From assembly GCA_963810935.1 (NCBI GenBank), contig CAWEPK010000007.1, positions 160,001-224,000 on the forward strand: a stretch of 64,000 nt of DNA, in the 5' to 3' direction. A model generated the notes under the pieces. That model was not told the DNA's origin. It did no database searches and worked only from the letters and a program-made list of their open reading frames with translations. Within the stretch, counting starts at the first letter, position 1. Each line of letters starts with the position of its first letter. Position numbers and translations under genes: made by a program. This document shows, piece by piece, positions 9,203-19,766 of the stretch. The stretch comes from an uncultured delta proteobacterium. Lineage in GTDB: Bacteria; Desulfobacterota; Syntrophorhabdia; Syntrophorhabdales; WCHB1-27.

Positions 9203-9964
9203 ATGAGCAACACAATCCTGGAAGCAATCGACGTTCGCAAAAGCTTTGGGAAGACAACGATCATCGACGGCTTCTCGCTGGCCATCGAACGGGGCAGCAG
9301 GCACGCCATCATCGGGCCCAACGGAGCGGGCAAGACTACGCTTTTCAACCTGTTCAGCGGCCGTTACGAGCCGACTTCAGGCCGCATCGTGCTCAACGAC
9401 CACGACATCACCGGCCTCGCCCCGTACAAAATCAACCGCCTGGGCATGGCGCGGTCCTTCCAGATCACCAATATCTTTCCTAAGCTGACTGTCTACGAGA
9501 ACGTCCGTTCCGTCGTAATGGCCAAACACCGGGTTTACTTCAATTTTGTCAGGCATATCGCCTGCTGGAAAAAGGTTGCAATCGAGACGGACGCACTCCT
9601 GGAAAAGACGGGACTCACCGGCAAGAAGGAGACGCTCGCCGGCAATCTGGCCTATGGCGAGCAAAGGGCGCTGGAAATCGCTCTCACCGTGGCTTCCGAC
9701 CCGGAGCTGATCCTTCTCGATGAGCCGACTGCCGGCATGTCTGTTGATGAGACCCGCGAGGCCATAAAACTGATCGGCGACGTGGCGGAGGGCAAGACGC
9801 TTCTGATTATAGAGCACGACATGGAGGTCATATTCAATATTGCAGACACGATCACCGTCCTTCAGTACGGGAAGGTTCTGGCCACGGGCTCACCCGATGA
9901 TATTCGCAATGACCCGAAGGTAAAGGAAGCCTATCTGGGAGACCAGGACGTATGTTACAGCTAA
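9203..9964 (+). CDS. livG: ABC transporter ATPase (LivG-like)
   Basis: GPNGAGKTT, LAYGEQR, LLDEPTAG, EHDM, EAYLG. Confidence 0.92.
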   Translation: MSNTILEAIDVRKSFGKTTIIDGFSLAIERGSRHAIIGPNGAGKTTLFNLFSGRYEPTSGRIVLNDHDITGLAPYKINRLGMARSFQITNIFPKLTVYENVRSVVMAKHRVYFNFVRHIACWKKVAIETDALLEKTGLTGKKETLAGNLAYGEQRALEIALTVASDPELILLDEPTAGMSVDETREAIKLIGDVAEGKTLLIIEHDMEVIFNIADTITVLQYGKVLATGSPDDIRNDPKVKEAYLGDQDVCYS

Positions 9965-10662
9965 CCGACGTTAATACCTATTACGGGAAAAGCCACGTTC
10001 TTTTCGGTATCTCGATGGAGGTAAGAAAGGGTGAGATCGTAGGCCTTTTAGGGCGAAACGGCGTCGGCAAGACAACTACCCTGAGAACCATTATCGGCCT
10101 TACGCCTCCGGCAACAGGCTCGATACGCGTACAGGGACAGGAGATTACCGGGAAAAAACCGCACCAGATAGCCATGTCAGGCGTAGGATTCGTACCGGAG
10201 GAACGGTGTATTTTTCCCAACCTCACCGTCCACCAGAACCTCGTTATGGGCATAAAACCGGGCTGCTACGGAAAGAGAGTCGAAAAGGGCTGGGACATAG
10301 ACGGCTGTTACCGGCACTTCCCCATGCTGGAACGGAAAAGCCGCCAGCGGGGAGGCACGCTCTCCGGCGGTGAGATGCAGATACTGACAATAGCCCGGAG
10401 CCTGATGGGCAACCCGGACCTTATCATGATCGACGAACCGACCGAGGGCTTAAGCCCGCTGATGGTGGCAGAAGTAAGCAAGCTCGTAAAAGAGATCCAC
10501 GCGTCAGGCGCCACCGTTCTTCTCGTGGAGCAGAAGCTGCCCCTCGTGCTCGGCCTCGCGGACCGTGTCTACGTCATGAGCAAAGGCCTGATTCAATGGG
10601 AGGGCACGCCCGGCGAGTTGAAAGGACGGGACGATATATGCAAGCGATATCTGGAGGTTTGA
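9952..10662 (+). CDS. livF: ABC transporter ATPase (LivF-like)
   Basis: GRNGVGKTT, LSGGE, IDEPTEGL, VEQ. Confidence 0.92.
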   Translation: MLQLTDVNTYYGKSHVLFGISMEVRKGEIVGLLGRNGVGKTTTLRTIIGLTPPATGSIRVQGQEITGKKPHQIAMSGVGFVPEERCIFPNLTVHQNLVMGIKPGCYGKRVEKGWDIDGCYRHFPMLERKSRQRGGTLSGGEMQILTIARSLMGNPDLIMIDEPTEGLSPLMVAEVSKLVKEIHASGATVLLVEQKLPLVLGLADRVYVMSKGLIQWEGTPGELKGRDDICKRYLEV

Positions 10663-10778
10663 GGCGCTGATTTAAAGTAGCGGGCGTTCCTTTCGGGATT
10701 ATATGGAAGTCGTGGCTCCCTGAACGTAACCCGGGTAAGTCCTGAGGACGTCCGGGACGAGAAAAAAAGGAGGTATCG

Positions 10779-11987
10779 ATGAAGAGGTTCTGCCTGGTTC
10801 TGGCCGTGCTGTTCAGTATTGCCCTGCCGGCGAGTGGCTCGCATGCCGCGCCGCCGGTTAAATTCGGCTACGACGACGTCCGCTCCGGTCCTTTCAAAAA
10901 CAACGGCGACATGGCCCTCATCGGCATGGAGACGGCGATAAAGGAAATCAATAGGAACGGGGGTCTCCTCGGGCGCCAGATCGAGCTGGCCATCGAGGAC
11001 AACCAGATGAACCCTGAAATGGCTGTCCAGAAACTCAAAAAGTTGATCCTCGAGGACAAGGTAGCGGTTGTTTTCCACCAATCCTCCTCATCTATCGCCC
11101 TGGCCATCGCCCAGACGATACCGCGATACAAGACGATCTACGTCTGTGAGGGGGCGGGGACCATGGGGCCCACCACGGAGAACTACAGCCCTTACGTCTT
11201 CCGCACGACGGGGAACGTCATACAGTACCTTAAGGGGCACGCTGCTTACTTCGCCAAAGAGAAGAAGTACAAGAAAGTTTTTCTGATCAATTTCGACAAC
11301 GCCCTGGGCCATGACGTGGCGAAGTACTACGAATCGTTCATCAAGCAGGTCTCGCCGTCCACCCAGGTCGTAGGCTCCGAATTCCACCCGGTTTTCACTA
11401 AAGACTTTGCTCCTTACCTGACCAAGATAAAGGCGTCGGGCGCCGATTACATCTTTACCTGCGACTGGGGCACCGATCTCATCCAGATCGTGAAGCAGGG
11501 AAGGAGCATGGGGTTGACTGCGCCTGTCGCGGGCATCTTTCTGGCGGATGCAAACGGTTTGCCTGTGATGGGGGATTCCGCCATCGGGTCGGTTGCCGCA
11601 ACTTTTATGCTGCTGGGCACGAACAGCCCCAAGGCGAAGCAGTTCGAGGAGACTTTTTACAAAGAGACGAAAACCTGGCCCGTAGAGCAGATCTACCAGG
11701 GATGGAGCGGGGTCATGATGTACGCGGCTGCGGTCAGGAAGGCCGGCTCTTTCGACACGCAGAAGGTGATAAAGGCGTGGGAAGGCCTCGAATGGGACGG
11801 CCCGTACGGAAAGGTGCTGATGCGGGCGCAGGACCACCAAGCCATATTGCCCTTGTACGTCGGGAAGGTCGAGGGGAAAACCAGATATTTTGATTATCCC
11901 TATTTCACGCCGGTAATGACTGTACCGCGAGAGCAGACCGAGTACAAACCGGAGGATTACGGGTGGAAACCCTATAAGGGAAGATAG
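10779..11987 (+). CDS. Periplasmic substrate-binding protein, LivK/PBP1 family
   Basis: AGGAGG RBS, signal peptide, INRNGGLLGRQIEL, DFAPYLTKI, MRAQDHQ. Confidence 0.9.
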   Translation: MKRFCLVLAVLFSIALPASGSHAAPPVKFGYDDVRSGPFKNNGDMALIGMETAIKEINRNGGLLGRQIELAIEDNQMNPEMAVQKLKKLILEDKVAVVFHQSSSSIALAIAQTIPRYKTIYVCEGAGTMGPTTENYSPYVFRTTGNVIQYLKGHAAYFAKEKKYKKVFLINFDNALGHDVAKYYESFIKQVSPSTQVVGSEFHPVFTKDFAPYLTKIKASGADYIFTCDWGTDLIQIVKQGRSMGLTAPVAGIFLADANGLPVMGDSAIGSVAATFMLLGTNSPKAKQFEETFYKETKTWPVEQIYQGWSGVMMYAAAVRKAGSFDTQKVIKAWEGLEWDGPYGKVLMRAQDHQAILPLYVGKVEGKTRYFDYPYFTPVMTVPREQTEYKPEDYGWKPYKGR

Positions 11988-12027
11988 GACCGCCCAAACG
12001 GAAGATGAACGGCAAACGGAGGTCGCG

Positions 12028-13732
12028 ATGTCGATTATGACGGGAGGAGAAGCGGTCGTAGAGGTCCTGAAGGCGGAAGGCGTAAAGTTCGTGTTCGGCC
12101 TTCCGGGCGGCCACACGCTGCCCATTTACGACGGACTTTATCACACGCCGGAGATCAGGCATATCCTGGTCAGGCACGAACAGTCGGCCGCCAGCATGGC
12201 TGCGGCATACGCAATACTGACAGGAGAGGCAGGGGTCTGCTGCGCCACGGCCGGACCGGGCGCCACAAACCTTATAACGGGGATAGTAGAGGCCTACGAA
12301 GGCTGCCTTCCTGTGATCATTCTTGCCGGCCGGGGCATCACCCGCAACGCACTGCGGGGCGCCTCTCAGGAGATACCGCAGGACAAGATATTTGCTCCTA
12401 TCACGAAATGGACGGTAAGAGTGGACCGTCCCGATACCATCGTTGAGATAATGGGGCGCGCCTTTGCCATTGCCACATCGGGAAAGCCGGGCCCTGTACT
12501 GGTCGATTTTCCTAAGGACATGCTGTCGGCCTCGATAGAGTTCGACAAATATGTACCTGTCGGGAAGCCGCCGAGGGCAAGGGGGGATGCCGAGCTTATC
12601 AAACGTGCGGTGAAGCGGCTTGTAAATTCCTCCCGGCCGATAGTCATTGCAGGGGGAGGCACGGTGGCATCAGGCGCTTTCGATGAGCTGAAGGAACTCG
12701 CCGAGACGTTCGCCCTCCCCGTTTTGACAAGCCTGTCAGGGAGGACGTCTCTGCCGGACGACCATCCGCTTGCGGCCGGCGGGATGGGTTTTCATCGTAC
12801 ATCGGTTTCCAGGAAGCTCCTGGCTGAAGCCGATTTCATCCTGGGCCTGGGTTGCCGCTTTGGTGAGATGGAGACAAACTGGGGCCCTGCCTATTCTCCG
12901 GCCCCTGGCGCTTGCTTCGTCCAGGTGGACGCCGATCCTAGCGAGATGAGGCACAGCTTTGTCCCGGACATCGCCATCATGGGCGATATCAAACTCGTGC
13001 TGAAGGATATGCTGCACGCGGCCGGGGAAGAGGGAATCGATTACAGAAACTCTTACCTGGAGCTGCCCCGCGTCAAGGAGTCTCGCCGACGCGAAGAAGG
13101 GCCTGGAAAAAGAGATAGCGTTGGCGGCGCGCTCCAACGAACGGCCGATGAACGCCATACAGGTTGTCGCCGAGGTGCGAAAGGCCTTCCCCAGGGAGAC
13201 GACAACTGCGATAGACGTCGGCTGTCTCGCCCAGGCCCTGGGCGGAGCCTACCCCTATTTTAACGTGTACGAGCCCCGGTCGTGCATACCGTGCACCAGC
13301 TTCTATGCCATGGGATTTGCTACGGCAGCACTTCCCGTGGCAAAGCTCGTCCATCCGGATAGGCCCGCAGTGGGGTTCTGCGGCGACGGATCGTTCCAGA
13401 TGGTGATGGACGTGATGCTGGTGGCTGTGGAGCACCGCCTGCCGGTCACCTGGTGTATCCTTAACAACCAAAGCCTGGGCTCCATAAGAGACAGCCAGGA
13501 CAGGGTGTACGAGGGCCGGTACATCGGGACCGTTTTTGAGGTCATGCCCGATTTCGTTAAGATGGCAGAGGCGTGCCATTGTTACGGGGAAAAGGTCGAG
13601 GACCCGGAACAGATAGGCGAGGCGCTGAAGCGGGCCATAGATGCAAATAAGAGGGGCATCCCGGCCGTTCTCGATTTTGTGGTAAGCAGAAAGGAGCCGC
13701 AAGGGGCCGTCGATTTCTTTTTGGGGAGGTAG
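12028..13732 (+). CDS. ThDP-dependent enzyme (acetolactate synthase large subunit/decarboxylase family); apparent extra base at ~13081
   Basis: VFGLPG, RHEQSA, GPGATN in ORF 12028-13263; GDGSF..NN ThDP motif in ORF 13121-13732; removing one base joins them as VKELADAKKGLEKEI. Confidence 0.85.
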
Positions 13733-13790
13733 CGCAAAGAATCCGGCCGGGGAAAGATCGTGAAGCGGGTCCGCATGGGAGGAAGTCTTT

Positions 13791-14573
13791 ATGAGACTGA
13801 AAGATAAAGTCGCCATTGTGACGGGCGGTGCAAGCGGCATAGGCAGGGAGATTGCGCTCGCCTTTGGCGAGGAGGGCGCCGTAGTCGTTATAGCCGACAT
13901 CGACGTGGCCGGAATGGAGAAGACCGTCCGGGATATAGAGGCGGCGGGAGGCAGGGCAGACTTTTTGGAGACCGACCTGGCGCACGAAGGGCAAATAAAG
14001 GCAATGGCGGCCCGGACCATCGAAAAGTTCGGCACTATAAATGTGCTCGTGAACAACGCGGCCATACCGGGCGTCCGGGCCGATGTGGCTGACATAGACC
14101 TTGAGGGCTGGAACAAGGCTATCGGCGTCAACCTTACGGGGCCGCTCCTTTGTTCGCGGGAGGTACTGAAGCCGATGATGGCGTCCCGCAGCGGCGCGAT
14201 CGTCAATATCACCTCAGAAGGAGGCAGGTCGGGTTTCCCCGGACGGGCGGCTTACTCCATCACGAAGCGGGGCATCATAGCCCTGACAGAGACCTTGGCT
14301 ATAGAGGCCGGGGTATATGGTATAAGGGTAAACGCGATCAGCCCCGGCAGGGTCATCACGAACATGCTTAAAGAGTCGGTGCGGCTCATGGCCCGGTCCG
14401 GCAATGTGCCTGAGGAGGAAGTCCGGGAGGGCTTGATTGCCGATTGTTCGCTGAAGCGGTTTGTGGAGGCATCAGAGGTGGCGAAGGCAGCCGTATTCCT
14501 GGCGTGCGACGAATCGAGCGCGATAACCGGCCATACCCTCGTCGTCAGTTGCGGCAAGCACGTCATGCACTAG
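13791..14573 (+). CDS. Short-chain dehydrogenase/reductase
   Basis: TGGASGIG, VNNAA, YSITK. Confidence 0.92.
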   Translation: MRLKDKVAIVTGGASGIGREIALAFGEEGAVVVIADIDVAGMEKTVRDIEAAGGRADFLETDLAHEGQIKAMAARTIEKFGTINVLVNNAAIPGVRADVADIDLEGWNKAIGVNLTGPLLCSREVLKPMMASRSGAIVNITSEGGRSGFPGRAAYSITKRGIIALTETLAIEAGVYGIRVNAISPGRVITNMLKESVRLMARSGNVPEEEVREGLIADCSLKRFVEASEVAKAAVFLACDESSAITGHTLVVSCGKHVMH

Positions 14574-14676
14574 GCGGGACCGACAAAGATCGGTGCCGGC
14601 ACGCCCTGCGAGCCTATATGGAGGTCCCGGTCTCCCGAGGTCAGGCGAAATTGCGGCTCAAAAGGAGAAGCAAACA

Positions 14677-15432
14677 ATGGATTACCTGAATCTTACCGGT
14701 CGTACCGCGATCGTCACGGGCGGGGCCCAAGGCATCGGGCTTGCGATTGCGAGGCGTCTCGCCGCCGCCGGTGCTTCCGTTTCCGTTGCGGATATAAACC
14801 TCCCTGAAGCAAAGAAGGCCGCGCTCGATATGTCGAAAGAAGGCTATGATGCGGCCGCTTTCGCCTGCGACGTCTCCGATTCCTCATCGGTGGCGCGCAT
14901 GGTCGACGACGTGCTCGCAAAATTCGGTAAAGTGGATATCCTCGTCAATAATGCGGGTATCGGCGGCCGCCAGGTTCCGATGCACGAACAGACAGACGAT
15001 GAATGGCAACGCGTGATCGGCGTCGACCTGACGGGTGTCTTTTACTGTTGTAGGGCCGTTATCCCGCACATGATGAGCCGTTCCTACGGCCGCATTGTGA
15101 CCGTGTCCAGCATAGCGGGCAAAGAGGGAAGCCCTAACCTGCTCCCTTACAGCGCGGCCAAAGCAGGGGCCATCGGCCTTACAAAAGCGTTGGCGAAAGA
15201 AGTGGCCGGATACAACATACTGGTCAACGCGGTAACGCCGGGTATGACGGAGACACCGCTCCTGGAGGAGATGCCTGTCGAGAGGCAAAATGCGCTGCTC
15301 GAGCGCACCCCAATCGCCCGGTTTGCGAAGCCCGGGGAGATAGCCGCCATGGTCCATTGGCTCGCGTCCGGCGAGGTCAGCTTTACAACCGGGTCTGTGT
15401 TCGACATATCCGGAGGAAGGGCTTCGTATTAG
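14677..15432 (+). CDS. Short-chain dehydrogenase/reductase
   Basis: AAGGAG RBS and ATG 14677; TGGAQGIG, VNNAG, YSAAK. Confidence 0.92.
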   Translation: MDYLNLTGRTAIVTGGAQGIGLAIARRLAAAGASVSVADINLPEAKKAALDMSKEGYDAAAFACDVSDSSSVARMVDDVLAKFGKVDILVNNAGIGGRQVPMHEQTDDEWQRVIGVDLTGVFYCCRAVIPHMMSRSYGRIVTVSSIAGKEGSPNLLPYSAAKAGAIGLTKALAKEVAGYNILVNAVTPGMTETPLLEEMPVERQNALLERTPIARFAKPGEIAAMVHWLASGEVSFTTGSVFDISGGRASY

Positions 15433-15497
15433 GATATACAGCCCTTCCGGACTTCGATACGGCGGGCAAGGGTGATAAAGTTTAGCGGAGGTAACAG

Positions 15498-16001
15498 ATG
15501 ACCGACTTACACTCACTCAAAACGCAACTGGGCCTGCCGCCCATCAGCCAGATCGGCGTAGTCGTGCGGAACGTCGATGAGGCCGCGCGGCACTATTCAT
15601 CGCTTCTCGGCATCGGCCCGTTTACCATTTACGAGTTCAGGCCCGAATCCGATCTTTATAACGGAGAAAGGATGGAAGGGACCATACTCAAGATGGGAAA
15701 GGCCGCCTGGAACGGTATAGAGATGGAACTGATCGAGCCTGTGAAAGGGAGGTCGCCTCACATGGACTGGCTCCGTACGCGAGGCGAAGGCGTGCAACAC
15801 TTCGGCTTCAACGTGGCCGACTTCGACGGCGTATGCGCACGATTCCGCGAGAACGGCTTCAGCCCCATCCTGCAGGGCGCTTCATACGTAGAGGTTTACA
15901 AGGGAAACCTCAGGGCCTGCTACTTCGATACGGACAAGGCTATAGGCGTCATCCTGGAGGTTATCTGGAAGTCGTGGCTGCCGGAGTGCACAACCAAATG
16001 A
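15498..16001 (+). CDS. VOC family protein (methylmalonyl-CoA epimerase/glyoxalase-like)
   Basis: QIGVVVRNV, MELIEP, GEGVQHFGF, YFDT..G.ILE. Confidence 0.85.
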   Translation: MTDLHSLKTQLGLPPISQIGVVVRNVDEAARHYSSLLGIGPFTIYEFRPESDLYNGERMEGTILKMGKAAWNGIEMELIEPVKGRSPHMDWLRTRGEGVQHFGFNVADFDGVCARFRENGFSPILQGASYVEVYKGNLRACYFDTDKAIGVILEVIWKSWLPECTTK

Positions 16002-16045
16002 ACCTCATAGAGCTTGAAGAAATAGAAGGCTAAGGAGGAGCAGAA

Positions 16046-17503
16046 ATGGCCAGAGAATACAAGATGTACATTGACGGTGAGTGGGTTGACGCCCTGGACG
16101 GCGCCGGATATGAAGACCTGAACCCTTATACCGGTGAGGTCTTCGCGCGGGTCCCGGCGGGAAAGCGGGCCGACGCGAAGCGCGCAGTGGAAGCGGCGGC
16201 GGCGGCATTTCCTGTATGGTCGGCCACCCTCCCGGCCGAACGGCAATCCTTGTTCCTGAAGGCAGCAGATATACTCGAAAAGAAACAGATGGAGATAGTC
16301 GCGGTCCTGGCCGAGGAGACGGGCTGCACCTTCGGCTTCGCCATGTTCCAGACGATGTTTACCCCCGGGCTTCTGCGCGAGGCTGCGGGGCAAGTCCATC
16401 AGCCCACGGGTGAGATCATCCCCGGTGACCTTCCGGGTGCGTTCAACATGGCCATCCGTCAGCCACTCGGAGTGATCGCGGGCATCGCCCCGTGGAACGC
16501 GCCGCTCATACTGTCGTTGCGCGCCATCTGCATGCCCATTGCCTACGGCAACACAGCGGTGCTGAAGCCTTCGATGGAATCGTCGGCAGCGGGGGGCGTG
16601 GTGATTGCAGAGGTCTTCCATGAGGCGGGCTTCCCGAAAGGCGTTTTGAATGTCGTTACAAACGGACCGGGGGGAAGCGGCGCAATAGGTGATGAGTTCA
16701 TCGAAAACCCAAAGGTGAGGCGCATCAACCTGACCGGTTCCAGCGAGGTTGGACGCCAACTGGCGGAGAAGGCGGGGCGCTACCTGAAACGAGTTGCCCT
16801 GGAGCTGGGAGGGCAGAACCCGCTCATCATCCTGAGGGACGCCGACATCGACGCCGCCGTCAATGCGGCTGCCTTCGGCGGCTTCCTTCATCAGGGTCAG
16901 ATCTGCATGTCCACCCGCAGGATCATCGTGGAGGCGCCGGTGGCTCACGAGTTTGTCGAAAAACTGGTTAAGAAAGTCTCGTCTTTCAAGGTGGGCGACC
17001 CCAAGGAACCGGACACTATTATCGGCCCCCTGATCAATCGGCACCAGCTCGGCAAGATCAGAAACAGCGTCGAGGCCGCCGTCCGCGACGGGGCAAAGGT
17101 CCTCTGCGGCGGTAAAGCGGAGGGACCGTGCTATCACCCGACCGTACTCACCAACGTCAAGGCCGGCACCTCTTTCTCGTGCGAGGAGACATTCGGCCCT
17201 GTCCTCTCGGTAATCGAGGTTGACAGCGTTGAGGACGCCATCGCGGCCGCAAACGACACGACGTACGGACTTTCGGCAGCCGTCTTCACGCGCGACCTCG
17301 CAAAGGGCATGGCCGTTGCCGGTAGGATCGAATCGGGAATAGTCCACATCAATGACCAGACGGTCCACGACGAACCGCAGATACCCTTTGGCGGCATAAA
17401 GGACTCGGGCTGGGGACGCTTCGGAGGCAAAGCCGCTCTTGAGGAATTCACCGAGCTCAGGTGGATCAGCGCGCAGCTCACGCCTCGCCAGTACCCGTTC
17501 TAG
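16046..17503 (+). CDS. Aldehyde dehydrogenase, benzaldehyde/vanillin dehydrogenase-like
   Basis: PWNAP, LELGG, FLHQGQICMS, EETFGP, PFGGIKDSG. Confidence 0.92.
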   Translation: MAREYKMYIDGEWVDALDGAGYEDLNPYTGEVFARVPAGKRADAKRAVEAAAAAFPVWSATLPAERQSLFLKAADILEKKQMEIVAVLAEETGCTFGFAMFQTMFTPGLLREAAGQVHQPTGEIIPGDLPGAFNMAIRQPLGVIAGIAPWNAPLILSLRAICMPIAYGNTAVLKPSMESSAAGGVVIAEVFHEAGFPKGVLNVVTNGPGGSGAIGDEFIENPKVRRINLTGSSEVGRQLAEKAGRYLKRVALELGGQNPLIILRDADIDAAVNAAAFGGFLHQGQICMSTRRIIVEAPVAHEFVEKLVKKVSSFKVGDPKEPDTIIGPLINRHQLGKIRNSVEAAVRDGAKVLCGGKAEGPCYHPTVLTNVKAGTSFSCEETFGPVLSVIEVDSVEDAIAAANDTTYGLSAAVFTRDLAKGMAVAGRIESGIVHINDQTVHDEPQIPFGGIKDSGWGRFGGKAALEEFTELRWISAQLTPRQYPF

Positions 17504-17565
17504 CCGCGATAGAAGGTCAGAAGACCGGAAGGAACGGACCGATTTACCTTACCCTAACGCACACT

Positions 17566-17600
17566 GCGAAGGCAGATGGGTCCGGCCCATCCGCCTTCGC
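17566..17600. terminator. Long hairpin between convergent genes
   Basis: GCGAAGGCAGATGGG-TCCGG-CCCATCCGCCTTCGC; no clear U-tract. Confidence 0.45.
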
Positions 17601-17731
17601 CCCTGCAACCCGGCTTCATCCGGAGAGACGTTTAAAAGAACGGAATGCGCGGCGTGACCTCGGGCAGTCCCTTTCTGCTCGAGTGCTGAGAGTACGCGGG
17701 GCAGGGACCTGCGGGGAAGAGGTTTCGGTTT

Positions 17732-17941
17732 CTAGTCTGCCGCGATTATAACGTTGCTTGCCTTGATCACCGCGTAAACTTCCTTCCCTTTCGAAATCTT
17801 TAGCGCCTCGGCGGACGTCTTCGTTATGATGGAGACGATCTCGGCGCCACCCGGGACCTCCACCACTACCTCTGAATTGACTGCACCGTGAGTAATGCTC
17901 TTGACCTTTCCCTTGAGAACGTTCCTTGCGCTTAGCTGCAT
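17732..17941 (-). CDS. mop: Molybdate/tungstate-binding molbindin (Mop, TOBE domain)
   Basis: SARN.LKGKV..G.VNSEV..SIITK.S..AVIKAS; 69 aa; AAGGAGG RBS. Confidence 0.93.
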   Translation of the reverse strand: MQLSARNVLKGKVKSITHGAVNSEVVVEVPGGAEIVSIITKTSAEALKISKGKEVYAVIKASNVIIAAD

Positions 17942-18248
17942 GGGATCCTCCTTCAAGAATATGTTCTTAATAAACCATAATGCAACTAGTAGCATATGCA
18001 AGGGAATGGGAGAATATTCATTTGTTCTGCAGATAGGTAGTGACTCCCGAGTTCAATGGCCGGAGGGTTAACCTCCTCACACACGACGGCGCTGTGCCCC
18101 TCTCCGGCAAGCGTTATTTGTGGGTAACGCACAGGAGCGTGTTCGGCTCCATGAACACACAACCGTTCCGTGTCCTCTAATATTGCGCACTTACCCGTCT
18201 ACCCCGCAGCGTCTCCTTAACTTCAGTATCCCATAGTGAAAAATAGAC

Positions 18249-18277
18249 TTGACAAGCGGCGAGGCGGTCTGTAAACT
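18249..18277 (+). promoter_or_regulatory. Sigma70 promoter
   Basis: TTGACA-N17-TAAACT. Confidence 0.65.
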
Positions 18278-18280
18278 TAG

Positions 18281-18304
18281 CGTTATTTCCTATCGGATAT
18301 AACG
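18281..18304. promoter_or_regulatory. ModE-type box 1
   Basis: CGTTAT-TTCCTATCGGAT-ATAACG over the predicted transcription start; lies between mop and modA. Confidence 0.7.
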
Positions 18305-18364
18305 CATCCCGCCGCGTGGTTGAAGAAGGCGGCAATGCCGAATGATGAAAAAGGAGCGAGCATC

Positions 18365-18745
18365 ATGGGCCGAATACTTGATTCATTAACGCGTCTCTTG
18401 TTGCAGGAAAAGCTTCTCCGGAGGTTGTGCGGGGAAGTGGGCGAGACCGAGGCATCTGTTTGCGAGGTCCACATGAAGCAGGGGCAGGAATATAGGATCA
18501 GATGGGTGAGCCTTAATGGCGCCGGCCCGGTGGAGTTGTCGCTGAGAGCGGCCGGCGGCCGGGCGGTCCCCATTGTCGCTGATAAGAACGGGTTCGCCTT
18601 TGTTGCCCTTGAAGGAGGTGTCTACGAGGTCTGGGCAGGCTTACGGGCAGGCGAAGGCGGGCGCAAGCGGATCCCCGTCCAGATAACGGTTTGCTCGGTG
18701 TTTGCCCCGCCCCATTACGTAGAAAAGAACGTCTCCATGTATTGA
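18365..18745 (+). CDS. Hypothetical protein
   Basis: AAGGAG RBS before ATG 18365; upstream promoter and operator. Confidence 0.55.
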   Translation: MGRILDSLTRLLLQEKLLRRLCGEVGETEASVCEVHMKQGQEYRIRWVSLNGAGPVELSLRAAGGRAVPIVADKNGFAFVALEGGVYEVWAGLRAGEGGRKRIPVQITVCSVFAPPHYVEKNVSMY

Positions 18746-18804
18746 GGCGAAAGGGCCGCAGGTCAGGCGCCCGCCAGTCGGCTTGCTAAAGCCCGGAGCC
18801 TTGA

Positions 18805-19546
18805 TTACCTGAGGATGAAGCCGTGTTTGATAAGGACCTTCCCGGCTTCTGCCGACTGTACGTACTTAAAGAACGCGGCCGCCTCGGGCTTGCCGACACC
18901 CCCGGCCGTCAATCCGACGGGATATGTCACGCGGGGGTACAGGTCTTGTGGCACCGTAAAAAGGATTTTCACGTTCCTGGCCATTTCGAGCGCATCCGTC
19001 TTGTAGACGAAGGCGCCGTCCACTTCGCCGCTGTCCGCATACGTGAGGCAGGCGCGTACGTCCTTTGCCATTATCATCTTGCCTTCAAGTTGCGAGTACA
19101 TGCCCGCTTTTTTGAGTGCTTCGACGGCGTATTGACCCGCGGGCACGCTATTGGGGCTGCCAATCGCTATCTTACTCAGTTTTGTAAGGTCTTTGAGCCC
19201 GCTCACCTTCAATGCCGGCTTGCCGACGAACACCAGGTCATTGTACGCGAAGAGCGTGGTATTCTTCTCACCTATAATCTTCTTTTCCTTCAGGTAGTCC
19301 ATCCATTCCGTGTTCGCGGAGAAGAAAAGGTCGGCGGGAGCGCCATTCTCGACTTGTTTGGCAAGGAAGCCCGACGCCCCGAAATTGTTCCGGAACGTTA
19401 TCCCTGCGTTCTTCGCCGAGAAGTTATTCTCCACGCTCGGTGAGGCTGGCAGCCACCGACGCGTAAATGTCCACGGCCGCCGCCGGGAAAGCAAAGAAGA
19501 TAACAAAAAATATCACGGTAAGGGACTTTAGAATGACTTTTCTCAT
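18805..19546 (-). CDS. modA: Molybdate ABC transporter periplasmic binding protein; frameshift or small deletion at ~19437
   Basis: Signal peptide plus AASLT in one frame; FGASG.LAKQVENGAPADLFFSAN, SVPAGQYA, VYKTDA in the next; AGGAGG RBS. Confidence 0.9.
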
Positions 19547-19593
19547 CGCTTCCTCCTGAATTCGGAAAAAAGGGCCGTTGCATGTACAAGGCC

Positions 19594-19617
19594 TGTTATA
19601 TTTGATCATGCCTAACG
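19594..19617. promoter_or_regulatory. ModE-type box 2 (upstream of modA)
   Basis: TGTTAT-ATTTGATCATGC-CTAACG, 47 nt upstream of the modA start. Confidence 0.65.
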
Positions 19618-19766
19618 TGGGACAAGTCAAGCATGAGCGCGGACATGCCTTCGACGTATTGGAAGACTTAACGGGCGTTTACTATGAAGATGGGCCGTCT
19701 GGTGGCGCATCCGACCAGGCGGCCCATTTGCTCGCGCGAATGACCTTCAGAGAACCGCTGGCCAAA

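Noticed and set aside
18000..18180. Moco/Wco riboswitch upstream of mop
   Set aside because: Could not match the conserved elements on the mop strand; the CGTTAT-N6-GTAACG dyad at ~18112 has the wrong spacing for a ModE box.
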